From positions 62,001-126,000 of the forward strand of contig CBFDEM010000064.1 of NCBI GenBank assembly GCA_965603825.1: 64,000 bases of DNA. The letters are read 5' to 3'. Source of the stretch: Blepharisma stoltei ATCC 30299. Its lineage: Eukaryota; Protista; Ciliophora. Position numbers and translations under genes: made by a program. Every line of letters starts with the position of its first letter. The first letter of the stretch is position 1. A model generated the notes under the pieces. The model saw only the letters and a list, made by a program, of their open reading frames with translations, made no database searches and was not told the origin of the DNA. Below, piece by piece: positions 52,315 to 64,000 of this stretch.

Positions 52315-53025
52315 TTAATCTTTATTAATAAAAATTTTAATTGTGAATCCTCAAAGACAAATGAAAGTTAACCTTAAATGATTTGACGAGAGCTAAAACA
52401 GTTTCTTATGCACTATGCTAATTTTTTCGTCAATCAATTTTTAGGTATAACTAAAATTGCAATTTATTGATATTAATGAAGTGTTTATTAAAAGTCAAAA
52501 ATAGTCAGACATTTACTATGAAGAGATATTGATATGCATTTATCCTCTTAAAGGTATTGTCATAAAAATTTCAGTTTATGCTTATTAAATTTGCCAATAA
52601 AATAAAAATAATTCATTATATTTCACATAGGGAATTATTTAAAATAGTCTAAATTTATCTTTTAAATTAAAGTAGAAAAATTTAATGATTTTTTATTCAA
52701 ACTTGAATGTTAATTAAATAAAAAGACATTGTTATTTTTTGATAAATGTTATAATAAAGAGGAAATTAAAAAAGATTATTCAATTATAAGTCGCCAATTA
52801 AATGCATATAAAAATACTTTTTATTTATAAGGCAAATTAATTATCATCATATTGCAAAATTGCTATATAAAATATTAAATTAATTTCTAAATTTATTATA
52901 TATATGAAAATCTTAATAAATGCTATTTATTTTAGTTCTATCTGCTGCTTTTAAATCAAATCTTAAGCTTCCTGCCTAGAAGGCAAAATATTACTATAAA
53001 TTTATAAGGTTTTTTCATTCTTATA

Positions 53026-56000
53026 ATGGATATCTCCCATGGTAAGAATTCCAATTTAAACTCTCCTCTTATTCAAAATTATCCACCAATAGTTACATGC
53101 AAAATTCATAGAGATGCTGATGAAGACTCGATCATCCAGCAAATAGACCCTTTTAAATACAGCAAGCTTCGTGGATTCATGTTTTGGATTCTGGTCATTT
53201 TGACATGTGGGATATTGTATTTAGTCGACCGCTGATTTCTTAACGTTCATCTTGCATTTCGCTTTAGCCGAACTGTCCCAGCAGAAGCCACTCACCTTTT
53301 AGTGAAAACTCAGCATTTTTTAGAGCTTGTTCCGACAGCCACAAAGCATTCTAAAATCCTAGGCAACATCCTTACCTTCCAGCACCACTATTTACAGTAC
53401 TATTTTGATGGCAAAGAATTCCTGCCTCTTTACTTCGATGTTAGCTTGAGCTACAAGAAAATGATTGATAAATACAGCCATGGATACATAGAGAGCGAAG
53501 AAATTTCTGAATTGCGGTCACTCTTCGGCATCTGCCAAATTATTGTTCCTCTAAAGACTATTTTCCAGCTTATCTGGGAAGAAGTTTTGCATCCTTTCTA
53601 TATTTTCCAAGTGTTCTCAGTTGGTGTCTGGTATTTCGAACAGTATTTTTTATTCTCTGGGGCAATTATTTGCATTACTTTAATATCGTTAGGGACCAGC
53701 GTATTTCAGACAAGACGGTCTATGAGTGCTATACATAACCTTGCTAAGCGCAGTGTGCAGATAAATGTACTTAGGGAAGGGAATTGAAAAACTATACAAA
53801 GCCCAGAACTGGTCCCAGGTGACGTAATAGAAATTCCACAAGGCGGAGAAATGCCTTGCGATGTAGTGCTTACATCAGGTGGCTGCATTATGGATGAAGG
53901 GACACTTACTGGAGAATCTATTCCAGTTATAAAGGATCCGTTGCCTTATCTTGAAGAGCCCATCTATAATATTGAGCATGATAAAAGACATAGTTTATAT
54001 GAAGGGACGAAGGTGATACAGACTCGCAATTATGGAGGGTCTAATGTGGTAGGCGTGGTTACCCGTACTGGTTTTTCTACGATGAAAGGAAAAATGGTCA
54101 GGTCTATTTTGTTCCCAAAGCCAAATAAATTTAAATTCTATAGAGACTCCATGTTGTTTGTAGGAGTTTTATCACTTATAGCAGTCACTGGATTTCTAAT
54201 ATGCATGCCGATAATGATTTATATTGGGTTGCCATTAGGTCAAGTATGGATAAGATGCTTAGATTTAATAACCATTACAGTTCCTCCTTCGCTTCCAGCT
54301 TGTATGAACGTTGGCACTGCATTTGCTATAAACCGCTTAAGAAAAAGCCACATTTTTTGCATCGCTCCTCCACGTGTAAATGTAGCAGGGAAAATCGACA
54401 TCTATTGTTTTGACAAGACAGGGACTTTAACTGAAGATGGGATGATTTTAATAGGAGTCCAGCCTTGCAATAACCGCGTAATGGACGTTCTATATGATGA
54501 CCCAAAATCAATTGAAGGGCATTCTAAAAAGCTTGTGGAGTGTATGGCTTCTTGCCATTCTTTGACTACAGTTGACAACAAAATTGTAGGAGACACCCAA
54601 GATTTGCAGATTTTTAACTGCACTGGATGGATTTTTGAAGAGCCTGATGATGAAATATATGAGCCTGCAGTAAAAGCAGTAGTTAGACCAAAAGAATCAG
54701 GAGAAATTCCTACAGTTTTTGATGAGCAAGGCAATGTGGTCGGTATGATTGAGGCACCTTATGAGCTGGGAATATTACATACTTTTCATTTTACGTCAAA
54801 ATTAAAGCGTATGGGAGTAATCACCAAAAATCTCAAAGAAAATTCCTTCCAATTTTACATGAAAGGCGCTCCTGAAGTCGTTATGGAAAAATGTGCGCCA
54901 GACTCAATACCGGCTGACATGAAAGTTATATTAGGGAACTACACATGTGCAGGTTATAGAGTTCTTGCATGTGCTTATAAAGCTCTTCCTCCTATAAAAT
55001 TCTCTGAGTTAAGGTCTCAAAAACTAGAAGACTTAGAAACTAGCTTAACCTTTTTAGGGTTAATTATCCTCCAAAACAAGCTGAAGCCAGAAACTATGCC
55101 TGTTATCCGCAGTTTGCATAAAGTTGGCATAAAAACTGTCATGGCCACTGGAGATGCAGTGCTGACTGGGATTTCTGTAGCAAGAGAATGCGCCATGATT
55201 GACCCTGAAGTCACTGTATATTTAGGAGAAATGCATGGAGAAAGACTGCTATGGCAGATTTTCAGATCAGCTTATCATGAAGGAGACTCAGAAGAGCATG
55301 AGTTAAAAGTAGAACCACCATGAAAAGACCATGGATTTGAAGTAAATTATGCATTAGCATTAACTGGAGCCTCTTTAGCGCACATGGCAAAATTGGCAGA
55401 TCAAGGAGACCAAGATGCTGTGATTGGCTTTAAAACTGTACTAGAAAAATGCAGGGTTTTTGCTAGAATGTCCCCAGAGCATAAAACCCTTCTAGTCGAA
55501 AGAATGCAAGAACTCGGCTACCTCATTGGTATGTGTGGAGATGGTGCCAATGACTGTGGTGCTTTAAAGTCAGCTGACATCGGAATATCGCTAAGCGAAG
55601 AAGAATCTTCTATTGCCGCCCCTTTTACTTCTAAAGTTTCCAATATTTCTTGTGTAATTACAGTCCTCAGAGAAGGCAGGTGTGCTTTGACGACTTCTAC
55701 CCAGTGTTTTAAGTTCATGTTTTTATATTCCACCATTCAGTTTATTACAGTAAGCATGCTTTACTCTATGGGAACTGGGCTTACTAACAACCAATTCGTT
55801 ACTTTTGATATGATAACTATGCTTCCTCTTGCTATCACCATGAGCAAAACAGGCCCTTACCATAAACTTTCCAAGCGCCACCCTACCGCATCCCTTATGT
55901 CAGTCGCCGTTTTAACCTCTGTCATAGGACAAACTGCTTTAGAAACCTTAGCCCAGGTTATCACCTATTTTATTGCCTCTGACATGAACTTTTTTAAGCA

Positions 56001-56439
56001 AAACGACTACAAGGCTGGTCATCCTATAACGGAATTTTTCCATTGTGACCCGAATACTGTTCTGTTTTTAATGAGCTGGGTTGAGTACGAAGTAGTCTGC
56101 TTTGTGTTTAATATAGGAAAGCCCTGGAAAAAGCCTATGTACACCAATTTCTGGTTTACAATTCTTCTAGTTTTTCTCTTTGCGTTTACTTTTACGACGA
56201 TTTTATTCCCTCCAGAATTCATTAAAGATCTTTATGATGTAAGGAATATTTAGCTTACCTACATGCCTGGGTATTTTCGAGGGACGCTAGTAGGGATTTG
56301 TGTGTGCTATGGTATTGCGGCGTTTTTGTTTGAAAAATATATAGTGCATATGGCTGATGCTTATTATAGAAAAAGAAGACAGGAGAAAAAGCATGCAGCC
56401 AAGGTGAGGGATTTGTCGGCGAAAAAGAATTTAGATTAA
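53026..56439 (+). CDS. P5B-type ATPase (ATP13A family), ~1132 aa
   Basis: LTGES, PPSLP, DKTGTLT, KGAPE, TGD and GDGAND motifs; three TGA=Trp; 15-nt intron 56239-56253. Confidence 0.93.
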
Positions 56440-56462
56440 TTAGGTGTAATGGAGTTAAAATA

Positions 56463-57482
56463 TTAAGGCTTTGTAGCTTCAAATATATACTGGCCTGGGA
56501 TTTTCTTAACGTTGTCAATAACAAATCCAGGGTATTCAATGATTCTTCGGAATTCTTCCATATTCCTTACTTTGGCCTCGATTTCTGAGATATCTATCAA
56601 GTCCAAATACCTAACTTCTCTATAGTTTTCATCAGTTTTTACTAATACGTGCTCAATGATGATAAGTTTTTTGCCACTTTCTAAAGATCTATAACAGTTT
56701 TCTAATATTCTTGAAGCAACTTCATCAGTTCAGCTGTTAAGTGTTTGTTTAAAAATGATACAATCATACCCACTAGGGACTTCTTCTCTGAAATCTCCAC
56801 CTAAAAAGGTGATTTTTTCTTGTAAGCCATAGCTTTCAATGTTTTTTGTTGCAATTTCACTTATAGAAGCCATATCTAGCACAGTCCCTTGGATATTAGA
56901 ATTTCTTTTTGCTAACTCACACAGTAATGTCCCATCTCCTCCTCCAGCGTCTAAAATTCTTATTGAATTTTTAAGATCAATTGAGTTAAATAAGCTGTCA
57001 CCTGACATTTTGGTATACGCTCCTAAGCCTGTCTGAAAATAATTATTATCTAAATTCCTGTGTGCTAGCTCATCATAAATATTTCTTCCAGTTTGAAGTT
57101 CGCATGAAGAGCGGTCACACTGTAAAGCATCAGCGAAACGGAGAAGAATTTCGTATTGAAAAGGGACACAGCAAAAATAAATCGCATCTCTGAAGGCCTG
57201 ATCGAGAAACAAAACTGTTTTTCCTGAATTTGACCATTTTTGAGACTGCTCGTCAAAAGAATAGTATCCAAAAGCTTCGAGGGCCAGGAGCGTTCTTTCT
57301 AATTTCCCTTTAACTGCTGATGTTTGTTGAGCTAGTTCATCAATAGTTTTTGGGTTTTCCAGAAGCTTTGGGATATTGAAGGCTAATGTAGAATTTAAAG
57401 CCATTGCAATCAGAGGTGACATGGCGAGATAGTAGATTTCGTCTTTGAATTTGTTACTTTCATCTGGCTGTTTCGGCTCCAT
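56463..57482 (-). CDS. SAM-dependent O-methyltransferase family 2 (COMT/ASMT-like fold), 339 aa
   Basis: N-terminal dimerisation helix-turn-helix; LDAGGGDG, GGDF, KQTLNS(W)TDE and GKKLIIIE motifs; TGA=Trp at 56730. Confidence 0.88.
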
Positions 57483-58181
57483 TTTATATATACGTTTTAT
57501 TAAATCTACTAAAGCATAGCATGATTTTTAAGGGCTGATTTATGCGATGAAGATTTGTAGCATCTACGATTACATTTTATTTTAAACGCTATTTTTTTAT
57601 TTAAATATGATAAAATAAAGAAAAAAAGAATAAAATGATACTTAATATATTTAAAAATTGAAATTTTACCAATTTAATTAAAGGAGTCAAGCAAATTCTC
57701 ATAATATGCTTGAATCATTATTCCAAATAGTCATCACAAACTTTGAAGCTCTAAAATGAAGTAATTATTTATAATTTATTTATTGCTAATTGATAAGTTT
57801 TTAGTTGTCATTAATGGCATTTACTTTTCCACTATCTATAGTTTATATAAAGCTTTCAGCTGTGAATATCTAATATTACTAAATATTTCTATCAATTTCC
57901 TTTTATCCTAAGTAAATAATAGCAAGCACATTACCATTGTACAAATTTAATGAAAACTTAAATAATAAAATTATCTCTTAAGCTATTATTATAATCTATA
58001 CCAATCTTTTTTGATCAAACCTTTGTTTAATCTATGCTATATGGCAACCTTAAAATTTTTTATTATTTACTAACACAAATTTTATAAACTTCTGAAGCCA
58101 AAAACCTAAATAATTAGAAAATACGAAAAAACGCTTAATTAGAATCGTTTAAATTTTCAGTAATCTTATCCTTCATTATAG

Positions 58182-59165
58182 ATGTCAAATATGTCAAGTG
58201 ATACCAAGATAGATAGACATGGCTTTATTTCTTCAACCTCACCTCACAGCTCTCCAGAAACAGTAACCCGAGATAATGCACGAATACAAAAATGACAAGA
58301 CATGCTAACTAGATGGGACTACAATATAAAACGTCGTAGAGCTTTTCTTAAGAAAAGAATCCGCAAAGGGATCCCAGACTGTCTTCGAGGAGTTGTCTGA
58401 ACAAAACTTGCGAATATTCAGACTATAAAAAATGAGTACACTGAAAATTATTATAAAAATCTAACGGAGCTAGATTCGAATACAGTAAGCATCCAAGATA
58501 TAACTAGGGACTATTATAGGACTTTTTCTGGACACGTCCTTTTTAGAGATCATGGTCTATGCCAAGATTCTCTATATAGAATTTTAAAAGCTTTTTCTCT
58601 ACACGACCCTGATCTAGGGTATTGCCAAGGAATGGGAGTCCTAGCAGCTACATTTTTAATGTATATGTCTGAAGAAGACTCATTTTGAATGATCGTTTCT
58701 TTGATGAGAAATTATGATATAAGAGATTATTATTTGCCAGGAATGCCTGGAATTTATAAAGCTTTTTATCAGATCAATGGAGTTTTCCGACAAGTTTTGC
58801 CAGACCTGTGGGATCATTTTATGGAAATAAGCGTGTATCCGTCAATGTTCGCTCCAGGGTGGATGATGACGCTGTATATGAGCTATTTTAAGTTTGAGAT
58901 TTCTTTGAGAATTTTTGACATCTTTTTAAATGAAGGAAAAAAGATTTTGTTCAAAGTTTATATAGCATTATTTAAAAAATCAAAAAAAGAGTTAATAAGC
59001 ATGCCGTGTGATGTTTTATTGGAAAAAATTCCAAATCTCCATGAAGATTTTACAGCAGATTCTCTGATTCAGTCATCACTGAAATTTACTTTAAAGAAGA
59101 AAAAATTACAGTTGTTCGAAAAGGAGTATGAAACAAATCCATCTCCAGAACTTAAAAATTGGTAG
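58182..59165 (+). CDS. TBC-domain Rab GTPase-activating protein, 327 aa
   Basis: DRHGF, RIRKGIPDCLRGVV(W), ITRDYYRTF and YCQGMG motifs; TGA at conserved Trp positions. Confidence 0.92.
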
Positions 59166-59488
59166 CAAGGTACTCATATCTAATTTAATATAAATAACTT
59201 TTTTACCATTTTCTCAATTTACTAATCTTTCCCAGCTCAAGCCGTCTAAATATTGCTTAAGCTATCTTTTTAGCTCTTTATGGAATTTATAAAAGTCAAA
59301 AAAACGATTTTCATGATAACTGTTTATCATTTATTTTTCGCAAATTTATTAATTAAATAGACCAAGAGTGCAAGCCCATTATATTTATTTTAAATTAATA
59401 ATTTCTGTGGAGATAGTCTAAATCCAATATTTTAAAATTTTAGAATTTAATATCAAGAAACGAATAATTTTGCACATTTTTATAATTT

Positions 59489-59806
59489 ATGGAAGCGAAT
59501 TGGGCCTGGTATCAATTGATTATAGTACTTTTCATTGCAGCAATCATTATATGAAGAATTGTTCTGTTTATTTTCCCCAAAATCAAAGAAATGTATGAAG
59601 AAAAAGCAAGATTGGAAAATCTTAATCGAGAGAAGGAAAGGCTACTAGGAAAAAGGAATGAAATTCAGTATCATGTAGATTGGGCGACTTATAATAATGA
59701 TTTATCAAAAGCACAAAGCTTGACACCTAGCTTAGAAAAAATCATGAATAAAATATCAGAAATTGATGCATCATTATCTGGTAAAAAATCAAATTTTTAC
59801 GTATAA
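59489..59806 (+). CDS. Small protein with N-terminal TM helix and coiled coil, 105 aa
   Basis: ATG at 59489 is in frame with ORF 59591-59806 via TGA=Trp. Confidence 0.65.
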
Positions 59807-59830
59807 TTCTCAACATTAACTAAATAGAGC

Positions 59831-62032
59831 CTAATTAAGAATTTTCCATTGCATGACTGTTTGGTCATACCCGCCAGTTGAAAACAAATATTCGTCATTA
59901 CTGCTCCATTTCACATTAGTAACATGTTCACTATGTCCTCTATAAGAAGTCCCTTTCGCTCCTTCTCCATTCGGATTGTTGAAAAGCACTACATTTCCCC
60001 AGTCATTGCCTACTGCAAAAAATCGCTTATTCTGAGACCTATCAACGCAGTTTACATGGGTCATATCTACAACCCCTTCATAAATCCCTTGTACATTCCA
60101 GCCTAATTTCGCTGTCCACGTAGTCCATTCTTCATCTCTATAAGCAGTTCCTCCACTTTTTACTTGTTGTCCTGAGTTCGTGTCCCAAAACAGCAGCTCA
60201 TAAGCCCCACAATTTGTATGGAGAGCTGAGCCATCAACGCTCCAGTCTAAAGCAATGATAAAAGAAGAATGGCCTTTAAGCTTGTGAAGAAGCTTATAGT
60301 TGTTTTCCACGTTATAAATATAAATAAAGTTATCATGAGATCCAACCGCTAATTTTGAGGAGTCTGGGGAATACGCCATAGACTCAATTCATTCTTTTGG
60401 GTCTTTTGCTATATGGATTCTCCTCAAGTTTTCAATATTTTGAAAAATACTTATATGCCCATCATTATGTCCAACTGCCACATGGCCATTTCCGCCGTTT
60501 ATACATACAGCTCTAGCTTGCTGGTTAGGTGAATTTGTAGCTAGTGTGCTTGCCCCTTCTCCTGGCCTTCTTTGTGGTCCTGGGTTTTCTTCCAAGATGG
60601 CTGTTTTCACACATTTTCTTTGTGCCATATTCCAGACTTTGATCGCATTATCATCGCCTACAGTCACAACAATATTAGCATTTGTAGGGGAAAGGGCGAG
60701 GCCCCAGACTTCTCCATCACTATGTGACTCCATTAATACAGTCCTTCTATTCCCTCCTGCTTGGTATTCAGCAATTGTCCCATCTCTTGTCCCTGCTAGA
60801 ACTGTATTTCCATTTACATCAATTGCCCTTGCGAATGAAGAAGTCTCAATCCTGCCGATTTCTGTAAAAGATAAGTCAAGAATGCGAATTGTATTGTCTT
60901 TGGAGCCTGAAAAAATTTTTTCATCAACAATAGCGAGGCTGTGTACAGTTTGGCCTTGTGGATGGATTTGGTAAGCTTTTTTAAGATTTTTGCCAGCCCA
61001 GTGGTAAAGTTGGCCATTTGTGGCACCAGTTACACAGGTGTTGTCGGGCATGTACTGGACACAGGTCATATTGCACATGGCTTCGACACTGCCGAAAATG
61101 CCTTTTTCTTTGCGCAGCTGGATTCCTGCAGAGTTAGGGTTGTAGGTCCAAAAACCCATATGCTTGATTCCACAGGTGCAAAATGTGAAGTCACGAGGGC
61201 TCCAGCATAAATCAAGGATTCGATCTGGGCCTCCTTTGTCTTGGGCTATCAAAGTGCCTTTTTCTCAATTCCAGATTCTGACATTATGGTCATTATGTAA
61301 ATCTGCTGATGCAAGTATTCTTCCATCATAAGAAAATCCAAGGGCTGCAACAGCTCTTGAATCTCTGCCTTGTCGGAATTCGCTGATTGATACCCTTGGA
61401 TCACTGCTTTTCCATATACATATTTTTGGGTTTTTCCCTACTTCTCCCGTAGCTATTATATCTTTATCAGGATGAATTGCTAAAGACGTAATATCATCTG
61501 TATGGCCAAACTCCTGATTCACAAGCCCTCCTCCAAATAACTTCTGTGTATTCGTCTGTTTATTCAGCACAACTCCTACTGCAGCAGTCATATATACAAT
61601 TTCTCGATTTCTGGTATAAAAAAGGTTTCTTCTTGAGTCAAAGCACCGATATCCATATACATATTCCAGCTCCATCCTGATATTAGGTGGATTATTATTT
61701 ACTCTTGGTGGATTTGTAGGAGCTCTTAAAGCGCCAAGCCATGGCTTTATAGCTAGCATTTGGTCGCCAACTCCTACTTCTTCTACATCAAAAAGCCCCA
61801 CTTTGACTTCTTCATTTGTATGAGTCGGCATTTTTGAGATAGATTTTCCTTTGCGAGAAACAGCTGCAGCTTTTAATTCTCTGTCAATGTCTTCATCAAA
61901 CTGAACATGCTCATCTTCATACCGGGGCTTTGTATTGATTTCCTGACGGGGACGAGCAGCCGGCTCTGGTGGAGGTCTTGCTTCTGGGAGTTTTACGTTG
62001 TGAGTTGTTTCTCTTGAAGCTCCGCAGCCCAT
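59831..62032 (-). CDS. EML/EMAP-like HELP + WD40 microtubule-associated protein, 733 aa
   Basis: HELP motif LEYVYGYRCFDSRRNL, WD40 repeats, GHSEHVTNVKW; three ORFs joined via TGA=Trp. Confidence 0.92.
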
Positions 62033-62046
62033 TTTTATAACTGTTT

Positions 62047-62520
62047 TTATGGAATTTTAAATTTTAGATTAATGCGAGAATTTACTCGTTTCTTTTTAAA
62101 ATATTTCTCAAGCTTCGGCTGGAGCTTTATCTGGCTTTTTGAATTTTCGAGAGAAAGTCGCTGCTTTCCTGGGGTAATTGAGCTGGATTTTTTTATGTGA
62201 TTTGTGGTGTGCTGGCTGGTTGTGCTGTCGAAGGTAGAAAATAAAATGTTTTTAGGTAAGGGATGCAGCTGTTTTGAATTATTTTGGAGGGTCTTGAGAT
62301 GAAAAGAAGATGATTTTGAGAGTTGGGAAAGTGAGGGAAAACGTATAAGTTTACGCCGAATATTTTGGTGGGTATCTTGGCTAAGCTGATTAGCTTGCAC
62401 TTCTAGTAGACGATTATATAGTTCTTTGAACTCAAAGCGAACTCCATAGCGATTATCAACAGTCGATTCATGATGCATAGGAATTTGAAGACTTCTGCGC
62501 AGATTGTTATCGTCAAGCAT
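62047..62520 (-). CDS. Hypothetical basic protein, 157 aa
   Basis: Open frame in a gene-dense region; no recognisable domain. Confidence 0.55.
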   Translation of the reverse strand: MLDDNNLRRSLQIPMHHESTVDNRYGVRFEFKELYNRLLEVQANQLSQDTHQNIRRKLIRFPSLSQLSKSSSFHLKTLQNNSKQLHPLPKNILFSTFDSTTSQHTTNHIKKSSSITPGKQRLSLENSKSQIKLQPKLEKYFKKKRVNSRINLKFKIP

Positions 62521-62952
62521 TAAACCGGACAGAATGGATTTATTTATTTCATGTGTAAAACCATAATGATGAATAACAATAAAGAAATAAGAAAAAATTG
62601 CGAATTTAGAAGTTAACTAATTTTCATAAAAATTTGTGACATAATAACCAATTTCACTTTTGCTATGTGAATAGAGAATTTTTGGCAAGGTAAATTGCGT
62701 AATATAAACCCTTTAATACAATAAATGGAAATGGAAATTATTAGATTAGCATCACTTAATTATATTTTTGAGTGAATTTTAAGCATGAATATAAAGCTTT
62801 TCTTTACTATCAAATATTTTTGGCAATTTTAAAGTTATTTTTTGTAAAAATAAAATTTTGATTGCAAATAGACTTTCAAGAGGAGCTTTTTGACCTAAAA
62901 TTTTTTTGATACAATATAAACAAGATAAAGATTGAAAATATAATTAAAATAT

Positions 62953-63351
62953 TTAGTAAAGATAAGAAGCAAACACAGAAACCACACAAAACATAAAGTC
63001 ATTCGAATATGAAAACCATGCCGCATTGTCAGTTTCTTCATCCCAAAAGCATTTTGATCCCATTCTCACGCCTTGTCCAAGCTTTTCACCTACTACAACT
63101 TGCACCATGATTTTATAGCGGTTTGCGTGTCCTTCTTTTAAGGCTGCTCTTACTTCTTCTGCTATAGCGAGAGGAAATGGGTTTACATTAGTGTTATTGC
63201 GGCCTTGATATTTATCTTCAGGACCTATCTGTCGCTCCACGATTTCTTTAATGATTTCTTTAGCCTTAAGAGGGCAAAATTTGTCTTTGTAGGAAGGCTT
63301 TGACGAGTAAGCGTCTAATCCAAGTCCAATGCCTAAAGTGGATGATTTCAT
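62953..63351 (-). CDS. Tctex-1 family dynein light chain
   Basis: RYKIMVQVVVGEKLGQGVRMGSKCFWDEETDN...FCVVSVFASYLY. Confidence 0.92.
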   Translation of the reverse strand: MKSSTLGIGLGLDAYSSKPSYKDKFCPLKAKEIIKEIVERQIGPEDKYQGRNNTNVNPFPLAIAEEVRAALKEGHANRYKIMVQVVVGEKLGQGVRMGSKCFWDEETDNAAWFSYSNDFMFCVVSVFASYLY

Positions 63352-63712
63352 ATTGAATATTATAATTTGCTTTAGTAGTTAATTTCATGTATCAATATTA
63401 TAAATTAAATGTCAAATTTCAGATAAATATGTAAGCCAGTAACTTTTTAGCATGCTTAATTAGATTCTTAAGTGTTTAAACTTATAAAATAATATAAATT
63501 TTCGAGTTTTAAATTAATGCTCCAATCCACCACAACGTAAGCTTATAATCCAGCCTAAAGATTATTAAATGGTTATCTCTTAAAATTTATCCAAACCTTT
63601 TGAAAAATCTATTTCTAGTAATTTTTGATTTTTTCCCTCAAACGTTTTAGAAAAACTCAAGAAAGTTATGCCATCAAAATCTGTTATTAACAATGCTCTT
63701 ATAATATAAAAA

Positions 63713-64000
63713 ATGAACCTTTTTGAAGATAACTCTACAGATTATGAACAAGACATTACAGAATGAATATGCGAAATCCATGAAAACCTCAATAAAATTG
63801 CATCAGAAAAATCAAATTACTATGGTTTTAACTTTGAGCTTGATTGCGTCAAAGATGACTCATCATCAATTTTTCAATGGGAAGAGTCAACAGATTTATA
63901 CAGAGCTAGCAAAGAGAAATTATCAATCAGTCGACTCTCTCAAGCTCGGTCAAGTATGTCAACTTTGACATCATTAGACGCCGAGCTTGCTGAAGAAATT
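63713..64000 (+). CDS. Acidic protein with CDK-inhibitor-like motif; runs off right edge
   Basis: Frame from ATG 63713 stays open to the window end with one TGA=Trp; contains EKSNYYGFNFELD...IFQWE. Confidence 0.6.

Noticed and set aside
53026-56253. P-ATPase, EML, FAM135 and receptor as fragmented pseudogenes or operons
   Set aside because: All breaks are in-frame TGA=Trp or a tiny intron.
63723-63968. 81-aa ORF from the track
   Set aside because: It starts at TTG and is an alternative frame of the better ATG-63713 gene.
1-64000. CRISPR array, prokaryotic defence system, telomeric repeats, rRNA/tRNA
   Set aside because: No short regularly spaced repeats, C4A2-type tracts or structured-RNA signatures were seen; the repeats are kb-scale segmental duplications.

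Overview
This is AT-rich eukaryotic DNA, not prokaryotic. The supplied ORF track is fragmented because TGA encodes Trp here (TAA/TAG are stops) and genes carry 15-16-nt GT-AG introns. Together these point to the nuclear, probably macronuclear, genome of a Blepharisma-like heterotrich ciliate (inference). About 1-20 kb and 26-52 kb form a duplication-rich accessory locus built from an ancestral module: a secreted CxxC-rich gene divergent from a tandem pair of RAP-domain genes. The CxxC family has 4 intact genes, 3 long pseudogenes and several fragments; copies lie on the minus strand in the left arm and the plus strand in the right arm. One intact RAP paralog survives in each arm, alongside many RAP pseudogene fragments. 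The locus also holds two 3'-truncated non-LTR retroelements whose Gag-like region is fused to an APE endonuclease, a duplicated Venus-flytrap/multi-TM receptor gene, and kelch-like and CNNM fragments. Compact single-copy islands are at 21.7-25.2 kb (NudCD2-like, SUN, FAM135-like) and 53-64 kb (P5B-ATPase, O-methyltransferase, TBC GAP, EML, Tctex-1, possible CDK-inhibitor-like gene). No rRNA, tRNA or CRISPR array was recognised. Pseudogene and repeat boundaries are approximate.
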